This document shows positions 1 through 12,790 of a stretch of 64,000 nucleotides of DNA, in pieces. Each line of letters opens with the position of its first letter. The first letter of the stretch is position 1. The notes below the pieces were generated by a model that was not told the origin of the DNA, made no database searches, and saw only the letters and a list, made by a program, of their open reading frames with translations. The stretch comes from Octopus vulgaris (taxonomy: Eukaryota). The stretch lies in contig OX597827.1 in the NCBI GenBank assembly GCA_951406725.2, forward strand, positions 20,274,001 to 20,338,000. The letters are read 5' to 3'. The position numbers and the translations under genes were made by a program.

Positions 1-625
1 TCCCTGGCATTGTTTTCTGTATTCATTTATCCTGAATGTGTCCCTACACAAGGGAAATCTGGGAATTTGTGCAGAATTCTCTTTTCCACTTGAAGAATCA
101 TCAAATTTGATTTTCTGCAAATTTTTTGTTTGTAAATAAAGAAATTGGATAAATTTAGAAGGAAAAAACAGCAAAAGATATTTGGTCATTTGATTGATTT
201 TCATAGAAATCATACCAAATTGCATTATTTGTCAACATAGTCCAACTTTATTTCAAATAACAAAAATAGATAAAGATCAAAATGCAATATTGATTGAAGC
301 ACTGGTTTGACAGGAGGTACTGATGAAGCCGTTTCATTTTCTAGGCAGAGACTACTGTCTGATAGATTTCTTAATTTAATATTATCAAAGTTTTCAAAAT
401 TCAGTGGGTTTTGATCAGGAGAGAATTGTTACTGTCAGACAATATTTTATGAAAGTACTGTCACACATGTAATTATTTTCTGTGATCTGAGACTTTTTCT
501 AATGGTCTGTCTGCAAAATTCCTCAAACATCTTAATAGAAGCAGACAAGTGGGCAAGATTAATTTATTATTCTTTCAATCAGGATTTGTTCAGGAAAATA
601 TTTATATAAAACAGCATTAAGACTT

Positions 626-1460
626 ACTGGAGAAAGCTACTTCAATGGATTAGGTATTTCCTAAAAACAGGACCCAGCATAGTTCTATATTTAAGATATG
701 AGGAATTATTTAAATAATAATAATAATAATAATAATATTTAAAAAAATACCTTGCAAATGAGAACCCAGGTTCGAAATTGCCCCAAGACACCTGATGAAG
801 GCTGGAGAGTACATCAGCCAAAATGTTGTATTAACAACAAACAAGATAAGGGCAAATATCCATCAAATGAGGCTCCACCTCAAATAGTGCTGTCCATTAT
901 GGTCCCCCTACAAAAAACGAGACATAATGAGGATTGAAACACCACAAAGATCAATCACAAAAAAAATAAATGATATGATGGGACTTGATTATTGGGCCCG
1001 ACTTAAACAGCTGAAGCTCTATTCTCTGCAACGCTGCCATGAGCGATACATTATTTGCACCTTGTGGAAAATATTCCACCAATATTATCCAAATGATATT
1101 GGTATTATGTTTCCAATTTACCCAAGACTAGGCTCCTGTGCAATGCGTCCCCTACAAAGGTCAAGATCACATCACATAAGAATATTGCAACACAATTTTT
1201 ACACTGCAAATGGTCCTGCACTTTTCAGTGTTATCCCAAAAGAAATTAAAGTAGAAAAAGACCCCACAACTTTCAAATGGTACCTGGACAAATTCCTGCA
1301 GGAAATACCAGATAAACCACCTACACCTGGATACATCTCAACCAACAACAACAACAACAACTCTGCTTGAGTGGTCCATGGTGTCCCGAAATAATTAACT
1401 AAAAGACTTTTCCAGGTGGCGCTACTGAGTTAGTCATGGCCTGGGCCGATAATGGCTGAA
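626..1460 (+). mobile_element. Decayed CR1-group non-LTR retrotransposon (RT fragment plus C-terminus), interrupted at about 686-868
   Basis: 626-685 reads like KLLQWIRYFLKxRTQ (RT). ORF 927-1370 has YWARLKQLKLYSLQR..ERY, GPALF..IP and FK..LDKFL..IPD.P.TPGY, typical of the CR1-type ORF2 C-terminus. Confidence 0.75.
787..832 (+). ncRNA. Degenerate minimal hammerhead-ribozyme motif (Penelope-like element remnant)
   Basis: gacac-CTGATGA-a-GGCTG(loop)CAGCC-AAAATGTT-gtatt; the expected GAAACG is altered by two CpG-type transitions. Confidence 0.55.
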
Positions 1461-2242
1461 ACCAATCCAAGACAAGACATGCATGTATGTGCACGACCAC
1501 ACACACTTCCCCACCTGTCTCTCTCTTGTAATGCTCTTTAAATTACAATTTTATCAACATTGGTCATGGATGGTTTCCTTCTCTACACACTATCCTGCTG
1601 TAGAGACAGATTTGGGTTCTACTGATCTGATAACAACCATTTCAAATCTGCAACCCTCATCAACATTCTGTCAGTCTCATATCCATGGTGGTCCAGACAA
1701 GACCGTCTCTTTCTCATCCCTTCTCTAGTTGATAGATTTAAAACAGTCAAATATTTCTAATAGCTATTGCTTATTGAGACATTAATGTCTTTAACACTGA
1801 GAATTGTGGAGTTTCTTCACCCTTGTATACAATACAAACTTTCTCTGGTAATTAACTTTCCTTCCTGTTGATTGGTCAAGCTGTGTGTATTGTAAATTCC
1901 TTGATAAGTAAACACACACACACACTCACGCAAGTGCATACCATTTTGGTGCCTTTTATGTAAAATGAAATTTTCAGTTGCTTGTAAATTTTGTCTCAAA
2001 TTGTATTGAAATATAATTTTTAGAAACGGGTCTTATATGTTAGATTGTTTAGAATTTCTAAATTGCTATTCAGCTTTTATTAGTATTCTTCTGCCACTAT
2101 ATTATTATTATTGTACTATTAAGATTCTTAAGAAATCAACCTCTGAGAATTTAATTCCATTGAAGAAATTGGATTGGCTAAAATCTTTAAGCAGGAACAC
2201 TTTTTATTGCCTGTCTTAAAATGTTAAACCTTTCCTAGATTT

Positions 2243-2468
2243 TTAACGCTTTAGCATTCAGATTATTCTGTCAAATGTAATGCTTATTTATTTGTATTAA
2301 TTTGAATTAACCCTGCCCTAGACTTGTAGCTTTTGAGATTTCAGTGATGTGGTTATATATTTCTAGAACGACATTGTAGGCTAGGTGTGAGAAGCTGTAT
2401 CTGACCAGTTTAAAATGGGGGAGAATATTTGGGCCTAATATGGCCAGTTTAAATGCTAAAAGGGTTCA
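2243..2468. mobile_element. piggyBac-type MITE, family B (partial second copy at about 52976-53125)
   Basis: Ends ttaa-cgctttagcatt ... aatgctaaaaggg-ttca (imperfect TIRs, TTAA-like target). Internal gacattgtagg.taggtgtgaga is shared with the 53 kb copy. Confidence 0.6.
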
Positions 2469-3284
2469 TCTTGTGAGTGATATTGGTGTAATGTATTCTG
2501 TTTCTTATATTGGTGGTTCAGGTATTATGCTACACAAGTCTCTCTCATTTCGAATGTTCTTGGGATTAACTCAACATCACAAGAGATGTGATCAATGTAC
2601 ACCATTCTAGGTCATCTGTGAGAATTCCCATTACTCAGGACACACTTTATAGAAAATTGAAAGAAGCCCATCACGTGTGTGTGGGTGTGTGTGCATCTCT
2701 TTGTCTTGACATCATGTGATACTTGTAAGCAGGTGTTACCATCGTACTGGCAGTGTTCTCCATTTCCAATCTCCTGTGAAAAATGCCTCGTCTTGGAGAA
2801 ATATTTCCTTACTTTGAAACAGGTGTGGGGTGGCAACAAGACGGGTATTCAGACAGAAAATCTGCCCCATAAAGCATGGGGAAATGGACATTAAAATAAT
2901 GATGATGATGCTATCAGAACATGCAGGTAATGCTTGGTATATCGAGAAAAGAAAAGATCTGTAGATTGCATTTGGTCACTTGCATGATTAGCTTTGTTCA
3001 ATGTAAGCTGACCTGTGGCTAAAAAAACAACTTGGTGTTTTATCATCATCATCGTGGGGTGGGGGACTCATTTACGTGTATACATATGTGCACTGTATGT
3101 TTATACAGGCATGTGTGTGTGTGTGTGTGTGTGTATGCACAAGTACAAATATGTATTTTATTGATCATTTCAAAAGTATACTGTATTTCCTCCTTCCTGT
3201 CCAATCCCAGGTGGTTTTGTTAAATATTGGACAGGCAGATACAAGGAGTTCCAACTTGTTCATTTCTTGTATTTTTCATTTCAG

Positions 3285-3433
3285 CATCTCCAGTCATTCC
3301 AATTCTTGACATCAGGGGCATGGAATCTTTGGGTTATTCAAGACAAGAAAAAATATTGAGATGCAAGTTGGCTGCCTGTTACCGTTTGATAGACTTTTTC
3401 GGTTGGTCACATGGGATTTACAACCATATTACA
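3285..3433 (+). CDS. hts: Adducin internal coding exon 1 in window (phase 1 in, phase 0 out): (A)SPVIPILDIRGMESLGYSRQEKILRCKLAACYRLIDFFGWSHGIYNHIT
   Basis: Acceptor tttcatttcag|3285, donor ACA|gtaagt 3434. EKxLRCKLAxxYRLxDxFGWSxxIYNHIT is the diagnostic adducin head motif. Confidence 0.95.
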
Positions 3434-5799
3434 GTAAGTAGAACTCTGAATATCTTCTTTGCATTTTTCCAGGAGTGGATTGAAGCAACTTTGTTGATAA
3501 TGGGGTCTACAGGCTTACTCCTCTCTTAATAAAAAAATCAGAACAAGCACCTTTCATTTCATTTCACTTGTAATGAATAAGTTGTATTAGAAATTTGTTT
3601 TGCCAATAATTTTATTGCAATTTTCTAATGTTTAGACTCCCACCCTATCTTTCCCACCTGCTATCACAGATTGAGAATTCACTCGTTAGTCAATGCATTT
3701 TGGCCAAGTTTATAATTAACGGTGTATCTAATGCTTAAACAAATGACTCTTTTGGTTCGTATGCTAATATCAAAATTTGCATAATGATGCAACTCCTGTT
3801 AAAAGTAGTAGTTGTAGCAGAAACAGCAGTACTCCCACCACCACCACCAGCAGCAGCAGCAGTAGCATTGCTACAGTAGCAGAAGAAGGGAAATGTTAAT
3901 GTTTTCTCTAAGACTCCATCTGATACGTTGTGGACTTCATGTTTTAGATACTTTCTGAAGGTTACCTCTATAGACTCTGCTCTGTTTTGAGGTGAACGAT
4001 TTTCAATTTTATTCTATTTTATTTAAGAAATACCAGAGAAGAGGGTTTGGAAGATAGAACTTTGGAAGTAGATGGGAAAAGTTAGGTGAAGTGGTTTACT
4101 GTTCCAAAAACAAACAAAAAACATACCAATCCATACTAAGTTACTAAGCAACAGTTAGTGTTATAAAGCTAAATAGAGCAACTCTTTAAGCTGGCAGAGT
4201 ACATCTAGTAAGTACCTTTTCAGTGAAATAGTGCCAAACACTAGTTGAATCTGTTCAGCTGCTAGTTTATCTTGCTGCTTCTTGTTCAACATAAGTTATG
4301 TATTCAGCAGTCATTTACTCAGCTATGTTCAACTGACACAAAAGTTTTTTACTTTGTATTGTTTGGCAGCTTTACCAGCTCCACCCTTCACAGAATCTCC
4401 CTTCACTCTGCTTAAACCATTTTACTTTCTTTTTCTTTTTGATTCTCCCTGCATTTTACCCATATAAATCTTGACATTCTTTCAGTTTGATATACCACCT
4501 ACTCCCAATTTGCTAGCTATGGTGGTGTTTTCCTGCTGAAGTTGGGCTGCTGTGTGTGTGTGTGTGTGTGTGTGCACGCGCGTGCGTGCTAGATTATAAG
4601 GCAACTTCCTCTCTGTGGTGTAATAATTCTTATTCTAGAACCAACACTTTTTTTGTCATATGATATCTAGATCCAGGTCACCTGCTCAGTTTTCTGCAAC
4701 CTACTTACTGCTTCTATTTATAATAATAATAATTATTATTATTTCTTTTATTAGCCACAGGGGCATAGATGAGGGGGACATGACAAGGAAGGCAACAATT
4801 TGTGTGGGTATTTTCAAAGGGTGGGTGGGGGGAAAGAAATGGAAAAGGCAGTGAAATATGATAAATGCATACATAGTACACAAGGTATGTGATAACATGA
4901 ATGATGCAGTCCTGCTGATACGAAAGAGGTTGCAACCTGGGGCCAATCAAGGAACCCCACAGATTCAGGATTACCCTGACAACCAGAGGTACAAGTCCTT
5001 TCCAGCTGTCCAATCTATATGCACATACTTAGAGTAGGGCCATCTTCTCACAAATTTACTGGGGGGTTGCACCTCCCATTTCAAATAAACAAGGATTTGG
5101 CCAAAGAGGAAGGTAGTCTGTTTAGTCTTCTCAGTCCTATCCACCACACAACCTCTTTTGCCACAGCCACCAGACAGAGGACAGCTGCTTGTCCTTCCCA
5201 ACCAAAGGAGGACAGCTGAGCAATCTTGACATTGGTGTCGACCAAAAGTTGGGTCTCTTAGCTCTGTCCTTCAAGCAGTAGCAGCTATTCAGCATAACTG
5301 TACAAATGCATAGTGTTTCTTCGGCACAAGGCCAGTAATTTCAAGGGGAAAGGGTTTGTTGACCCGTATTTTATTGATCCCAAAGGGATGAAAGGAACAT
5401 AATGAGCCATGACAAATACTGCAAGGCCCAAAGCCAGCAAGCTTGAAAGGAATGGATTGGTACCATTGATTGCAGTGTTTCACTGGCTCTTCATTTTATA
5501 GCTTCCAAAAAGATGAAATGGTTGAATTTTGCAATAATTCAGTTTCATGTCATAGAAATTTGAAATATTTTGTCAGTTTAAGATACCATTGATGGCCTCC
5601 TTATCATTGTTAGTCTGTTATGATGCTACATTCTGGATAAATTTTGTTTTCAAATTCATCCTTCAATATATACACTATTTTGCTCCTAAATTTGTGGAAG
5701 ATAGGAACATTCCTGCTTCCCATTTCTATATCCCTTAAATCTAAGGTTTCCCATCTATTTAGGAAATCCTAAACATCAACTTCTTGTTTCTCAATTTTT

Positions 5800-6765
5800 A
5801 ATGGACCTTGGACTTGATCTCATTAGTCTCTCTTTCAACGGTGCTCCACACGTAGTAGTCCTTGGTGTTCAAATCTGGCGAGTTTGGGGGCCACATAATG
5901 GGTGTTACATAATCGTAAAGATTGTCTGACAACCACCATTCTTGGGTGACTAGGCCTTTGTGAGAAGGTGCTGAATCTTGTTGAAACACAAATGGCCTTC
6001 CATTGCATACTTCATCAATCCAGGGCTTGATAAGTTCCAGTACCTCAATGTATCCAGCAGCAGAAAAAAGTGGGGAGGCATCACATGACCTTCACTACTC
6101 ACCACTCCTAAAACCTTCACAGTTGCTGGAGATTTCATGTGCATCACTCCAGGTACTTCAGAAGGATCTGCACATAACTACCTGTCAGTTCTTCTGTTAG
6201 ATCCTGGTCAAAGTTTTTTGCATCAGAGAGAAACCTAAGCATGCCTTGAGGGTTTTTAACTTTAACTAAACGTTTTGAATGGATGAGGCGGTTTTCCTGT
6301 GTCTTTGCAGACATGAAGTGGTCTTTCCTCATTACATAGGACTTGTATTGAATCTCACGATGTACCACAGTTCTGATAGTCCACTCTGACACCTGAAGTT
6401 CTTTAGCAGTGGAACTCATTGATCTTCTGGGGTTTTCATCGATAATGTTTTGAAGATGTCTTCTTTTTGTGTCTGAGTGTTGTGAATGTTTTTTTTCTCC
6501 TTGATACAGGTGAAACATTACCATCACATTCCTCCAATTCCAACCAAAACTTTGTGTACAAATGATCTTGCAACATTTAGAAAGTTGCTAATTTCTAAAT
6601 CACTGTGGTTTGCATGTATAACAACTGTGACTGCATCTCTTTCCATTTCTTTAGTTAGCATGATGTCTTGAAAGGGTTATCTGGGAAAAAAAAATATGAT
6701 ACATTAAATAATTTGAAGCTGTAATGTACTAAAAATAAAATGTCCTCAAATACCCCTTGCACCCT
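5800..6765 (-). mobile_element. Tc1/mariner maT (DD37D) transposon remnant 1, frameshifted transposase pseudogene
   Basis: Minus-strand ORF fragments: HTH region (NPRRSMSSTAKELQVSEWTIR), FLSDAKNF, VLGVVSSEG, FQQDSAPSH...WPPNSPDLNTKDYYVW. AGGGTG-type end near 6765. Confidence 0.88.
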
Positions 6766-6778
6766 ACACACACACACA

Positions 6779-8057
6779 CAGGGTACACAGATGGTATTCA
6801 TTTGCATGATGACTGTCTCAGAAAAAAATAAAACTTTTTATTTTTTTTTTTTAGATATATTTGTCAAATTTGGGTCAGTTTGTCTTCATGACGCATTGTG
6901 TTGGTGTAACTGAGTGACCCCACCGTTGGCCTTGACAGCCTCCAGATGACCTCAGAATTGGCCACAGGCCTTCATCACTATCTCTCGTTTTAGGACCTTG
7001 AATATCCTGGTAATCCTGGTCCTCAACTCATTCTTCGTGTGGCAACTACATTTGTTGGTCTCTCGTTTCACCATGCCCCTCACAGAGGAGTCAAAGGGGT
7101 TGCAGTCATGTGAGTTGGGAGGCCAAATGTCAGATGCTGTGTGATCAAAGAAATTCTCTGACAGTCAGGCCTCGGTCTTCCATCTGATGTGGCAGGGTGT
7201 AGAGTCTTGCTGCTACATGTATGGCCTCCCTGCTACTACCCAGTTGATCCCGGGCTTCACCACCTCACTCACAACACAGCTGTAGCCCTTGGGTGTTTAG
7301 CCTAAGGTTCTCCGGGAAGAATTGGGGTAGCATGCTGTTACTTTCATTGCTGACCACACTGAAGACTATGATTATCCCTAGAAATTTCGTCTGCATGATT
7401 CTGAGCACAACCTTGGGTGAGACTGCGAACAAGCTGTTGTGCTGGGAGTTGATCTTCTGGTCTTGGCTAAAATTTTTCTCATCAGAGAAGAATCACACTA
7501 TGTCAGGCCCTTCTACCCCATGTCTGGTTTCAGCTTCTTGGGTGGGATTCAATTGCTTTTCTTGCATCATCTTTGGCATGAATTGTTTGTTCCTCATCTC
7601 GTATAAAAAGTAGCAATTGTTCTCCTACACCACCAGCTTGGTGAGGCTATCATCCTGTGCAGTGGCACACATTGACTTGCTGCGATCATTGTTGATGATC
7701 TCCAGAATCTCAATAATGAATTCTGGCATTCTGATGGTGTCAGATCATCAATCATGGGTTTTCCTTTCTGCTGTCGCTTTGTAGTTGAATTCTGAATCTT
7801 CCAGCTCCTTTATCACCTTTTCCACCATCCTTCTACTGACGTTGAGGAAGTCTGAAATCTTGTTTTTCCTTCTGGTGCCGCTTCTACAAATTTGTGGGGT
7901 TGGAATGGGTCAGAATTTTCCATAGTCAATTTTTCTGCAAAAATCAAGCAAAAATAGTTACTGTTTTTAAGAAGAAAATGACTGACAACAAAAGTAAAAA
8001 AAGATTATGCATAAAATTAGCAGCGGAAAATTGCAAACGAATACCGTCCACACCCTG
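6779..8057 (-). mobile_element. Full-length decayed maT (DD37D) transposon 2 with both TIRs
   Basis: TIRs CAGGGTacacagatGGTATTCaTTTGCA (6779-6806) and TGCAAAcGAATACCgtccacACCCTG (8032-8057). The minus strand encodes FFSDEKNF and QQDSTPCH...WPPNSHDCNPFD, with 37 residues between the last two Asp and in-frame stops. Confidence 0.88.
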
Positions 8058-8358
8058 TTTTAAAATCCCTCTCTCACACACAGCAGCAGAAATGTATGTC
8101 TTAGCTTTAACTTAAATCATTACAGTGTTTTCTAAATTGAAGACAAGCTTAAAAGGTTCCTCTAAGTGGCTGTTTCATTTGCTGGAAATAGCAGTAAAAT
8201 CTTGCAGTTCATCCCCAATTGTCTTATGTAAAGGCATCTTTCAGGGATAAAGTATTCAACAAATGAGTAATAAAACAATATTCATTGATCTCTTGGAGGT
8301 CAACATTTTATTTATAGGATTATTGAAGTGTTTAAGATAGAAATTGACTGTTAATATT

Positions 8359-8582
8359 TTAACCCTTTCGTTAGCAATCTGGCTGAAACTGGCTCTGACT
8401 CTGAGTACAAACGTCTTGTTTTCATAAGTTTTGAATTAAAATCTTCCACCAAACCTAAGTCCCAATTTATGTTCCTAACACTAGCTGAATGCTAGCTAAA
8501 TTATTTTACTAAATTCTTTATCTTCAAAATTAGTTGAAGGAAACGCAGAGCATCAAAATAAATACAGTAACAACAGGGTTAA
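8359..8582. mobile_element. piggyBac-type MITE, family A, copy 1
   Basis: TTAA-CCCTTTCGTTA ... TAACAACAGGG-TTAA; highly similar to 36056-36284. Confidence 0.8.
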
Positions 8583-8780
8583 TGTAAATAATATTTACTG
8601 CTAATAGTAACTCAGATATATCCTTGATGGAATAACAGGTACCCGGTTGAGCATAACCGGGAATATGGTTGCCTTCCAAGAGTTAGATATGTGGTTTAAG
8701 TACCATCTTCTATCTCCAATTGGTAATTTTAAGATCAAATTTATTGGCAATATTGTTAGATCCTGTTTGTGTCTAATGTA

Positions 8781-9121
8781 GGCATAGGAGTGGCTGTGTG
8801 GTAAGTAGCTTGCATGGTTCCGGGTTCAGTCCCACTGCGTGGCACCTTGGGCAAGTGTCTTCTACTATAGCCTTGGGCCAACCAAAGCCTTGTGAGTGGA
8901 TTTGGTAGACGGAAACTGAAAGAAGCCCGTCGTATATATGTATATATATATATGTGTGTGTGTGTATGTGTTTGTACCCCCAACATCGCTTAGCAGTTCG
9001 TCAAAAGAGACCGATAGAATAAGTACTAGGCTTGCAAAGAATAAGCCCTGGGGTCGATTTGCTTGACTAAAGGCGGTGCTCCAGCATGACCACAGTCACA
9101 TGACTGAAACGGGTAAAAGAG
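8781..9121 (+). mobile_element. tRNA-derived SINE, family 1
   Basis: A-box-like TGGCTGTGTGG, B-box-like GGTTCAGTCCC, internal TA/TG microsatellite, AAAAGAG tail, TSD TAATGTA at 8774 and 9122; similar to 29456-29881. Confidence 0.88.
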
Positions 9122-10404
9122 TAATGTAGACTGTTATCTTGTCCTTTTGATGTTGGTAGTGTTGTCCTCTGTCCAGAAATTTCTTAGAAGGTAGAAAAGA
9201 GAGAAAGAAGTACTTATCTTTTCTGTGTGTGTGTGTTGGCACTGGTAGTCTACTGCCATTTCAACTGAAGACATTCCTGCTTGAGTTTTTTTTTCAATGA
9301 CTCTTCCTTTGTTTTTTCTTCTTCCTCCTCTTCTTCTCTATCTAAACAACAAGCTTCCCCTTCACCCACCAACTTGTCACATTTTTAGTTACCCTGACAA
9401 ATAAACAGCAGCAGCAGCTTCTCAGAACATAAAGATGCTTTCTGATTCATTGCTGCCATTAGTGAAATGAACTTAGTCAATGGGATTTGTGTATTTGTTG
9501 GTGTGTGTGTGTGTGTGTAAACAGGAACACAGGCATATATATATACACACGTGTGTGTGTGTGTGTAAAAGGCACTCTGTGCTTAATGCAACATTAAAAC
9601 ATGTTGAAATATTTTATTGTAATAGAAATCAAAACCCCCCAAAATATAATAGGAATAATACTTGAACAAGTCGTTGTCACCAACTGCATCCATCTGTTGT
9701 TTGTTGTGAGGTTGACTACTTTATTAAATATAATTGATTGTCTTATGTTTCTACCTCCATCTGTTTTCATTAAAACAGACTACAACTCTATAGCTATTAG
9801 TTTAAAATTTAATTAACTGTTTGATTGTTGCAGTGGAGTTGTTTGCTACTGTGATATTGCTACAACTAATGGCAGTTTGGTATTTAACCATTTTCCAACT
9901 GAAAGCATTAATGTCAAACAGTAATAAATACCAAACATGTGCTTACTATTTTTTTTGTTTCAAATTTCATCTGGTTTCCATAAGAGAGAGATGGTTCTCT
10001 CCCCATGTCCCCATTTGTCAAGAGTTATTTAAATTATGAACTCCGCAACGAAGCCATTTTAGTTTTCTTGTTCTTGTTTCCATTTTTGTTTGAAATCCTC
10101 CAGGGATCTTACAAATGACTTCAACTGAAGCAAAAGGCTGTTCTCCTATTTCAGTGACATCAAATCTCTTCTACACATAACACCATTACTCTTATGGCCA
10201 TTCACTGCTGAAGAATGTGTTTAAACATTGCTTTATTTTCTTGTATTAAATTTAACCTTTTCTTATGCCAGTCAGACTATACTTTCATAAACATTAAAAC
10301 TCACACTGAAACTTTTATTTTTACAAAAATCTCATCTTGGATTTGAGATTTTCATCTTTTGTTTTACAGAAATTCTTTCAAATGTAACTTTGTTGTCACC
10401 AATA

Positions 10405-10620
10405 TCATCATCATCATCATCTTTTAACACCCATTTTCCTTGCAGGCAAGGTTGGACAGTTTGACAAAAGCTGGCAAATCAGAGCTGCACCAGGTTCCAT
10501 TTGTCTGTTTTGGCATGGTTTCTACAACTGGGTGCCCTTCTTAATGCCAATCACTTTACAAAGTGTACTGGGTGCTTTTTAGGTAGCACCAACACAGGTG
10601 TTTTTTATGTGGCACTGATG
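10405..10620 (-). mobile_element. RTE-type LINE 3' end fragment (others at about 21775-21905 -, 52565-52700 + and 53130-53270 -)
   Basis: (CAT)n tail plus similarity to the reverse complement of the 35430-35690 3' block. Confidence 0.6.
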
Positions 10621-12149
10621 TGGGTATCTCTCTATTTCATAAAATTCAGAAATTACACAACATTCATTCCAACAATAATAATTTCAGATATTGAAATTTT
10701 GGAAAGATTTTCATGATTTCCTTAAGTGTTGAAGTTTTGAATTTGGTAAACTAGATGAGCCTTTCTGCAGCCCTCTTTGAGATCCCAGTTTTGCAAAATT
10801 ACAGTGAAAATGTTTTTTGCTTACTTAACCAAGAAATACAGATTTATAATTTCTGCATCGTTTGACTTTATTCTTTTCTTTCTAATTTGTTTGAGAGCAG
10901 TTTCTGCTTTCAACTGTATGAATTCCCTGCTTTCAACTATATGAAAAATTCCTTTAGAATTAGTAGTTTCTTTGATATTTCTGTAGGTTAAAACTCCCTA
11001 CATGGGAATTTCAGCTACAAATTTGTTGTGTACAACATTCGCTACATCATTCCATGAACATAATTTATTCAAATTCAAATCAATGATCCATTTTAATTTT
11101 TTTATATTTTCCTCTGCAATTTTTTTTCTTTTTTTGTCTGGCCACCTTAGCTGCAAAAACATTTTTCTTCAACTAAATTACAAGATTTCTCTTCTCCCTC
11201 CAGTCTATAAACTTATTCAAATTCATAAACTTCTTATTTAGATTCTTCCATGTTGTTCTTTGAGGTTTAAACATCCCTTCTATCCCCATTTGTAATTCTC
11301 TCTCCTCCAACAACCTATGCTCTATTACTCTTCTCTGTTTATACAGACTCAAGACACTTTATATTCTTTTCTTTCTTAACAACCATAAACAGCAGAAGCC
11401 TTCATCATTATCATTTAACATCCATTTTTCCATACTGGCAGAGGTTGGACCCTTTTTCAATTTCTTGCTGTTTGAAATGGCTCGAAAAGTAGATCGAGAA
11501 AGCCATTAAAAGTTTTTTTCAATACTTGATCAATCCAAAATTTATGTTGAACAATCTTCCAGCCACTGTTGAAACGTGGCCTTTTTGTCTTTACACCAAG
11601 TTTGACATTTAAACTTCATCAATTTGCTTTCATTTCCACCATTATCATAGGCATCAAGCTGTTTTCACACAAGCTCCTTGTTTTAAAGTTCAGTTTTGTG
11701 CAATTGCTTTGAGACAAACTTTTGTTTGTTTCAATTTTTATCAAAGGGCATTCTGTTGTTGTTGTTGTGAAATATTATATTCTCTGTTGGTTGTTTTTGA
11801 TTACAGATTTAGTTTCTTCTCTTAACACTTGTCTGTTGTCACACTCCACATACAAACCTGACAACGTCCTCAGAATTGAATCACCTCTGTTTGGCTTTTA
11901 GAAACTTATAAACATAAAACTATGTGTATGCGCATATATGCATGCCCGCACGTGTGTGTCTGTGTGTCCCCATCCCAGCTGGTTGAATCGGCTTGTTTTT
12001 ACCTACAAGTCAAAATACTGACAGCTCATAGTGTCATATTCATTGACTCTATTTATCTGTCAAGAGGTACATTAAGGATTTCATATTCTCAGTTATGTTT
12101 CTCTGCTGTTGTATTACCCTAAAGTTTTCAATATGGAGTGTAAAACCTC

Positions 12150-12790
12150 TCATGTGATAGGAGAAAGATACTACCAGCATTACTGTTAAGTTTATGGCTC
12201 TTCATGTTCCAAGTTCAAATCTTGCTGAGGGCAACTTTGCTTTTATTCCTTTGAGGGGTGACAAAATGAAGTACCATTCAAGTATTGGAGATCAATGGTA
12301 TTGACTAAACCCCTTTCCCCCTAATTGCTGGCCTTGCACTGTAATTTGAAACTATTATTATTATTATTAATAATAATAATAAGGCGGCAAGCGGGCAGAA
12401 TTGTTAGCACGCTGGACAAAATGCTAAGCAGTATTTTGTTCATCTTTGTTCTGAGTTCAAATTCCACCGAGGTTAACTTTGCCTTTCATCCTTTCAGAGT
12501 CAATAAATTAAGTACCAGTGAAATACTGAGGTCTATATAATCAACTTACCCCTCCCCCCCCAAATTTCAGGCCTTGTGCCTTTAGTAGAAAGGATTAAAG
12601 GTAATAAACTAGTGGAATTGTTAGCACACTGGACAAAATGCATAGCAGCATTCCGCTCATCTGTGCATTCTGAGTTCAAATTCTGCCATGGTTGACTTTA
12701 CTTTACATCCCTTTCGGGATTGATAAAATAAGTACCAGTTGCACACTGGGGTTGAGGTCTTGTGTCTATAGTAGAAAAGATTATTATTAT
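12150..12790 (+). mobile_element. Three tandem copies of SINE family 2
   Basis: Repeated ttctgagttcaaattc...actttgcctttcatcctttc...taagtaccag blocks at about 12150-12345, 12382-12597 and 12598-12790, with (TTA/TAA)n linker or tail sequence. Confidence 0.8.

Noticed and set aside
309-359. Third hammerhead-like string gacag..CTGATGA-a-gcc...ggc-agagac-ta-ctgtc
   Set aside because: GAAA box absent, 6 extra nt between stem I and the core, and only a 3-bp stem II; could be chance.
8756-8986. Similar ORFs at 8756, 19923 and 29403 resembling a gene family
   Set aside because: They are antisense translations of the same SINE family.
12150-12790. Regularly repeated blocks resembling a CRISPR-like array
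   Set aside because: Diverged ~200-nt tandem SINE copies in a eukaryotic intron; no identical short repeats with unique spacers and no cas genes.
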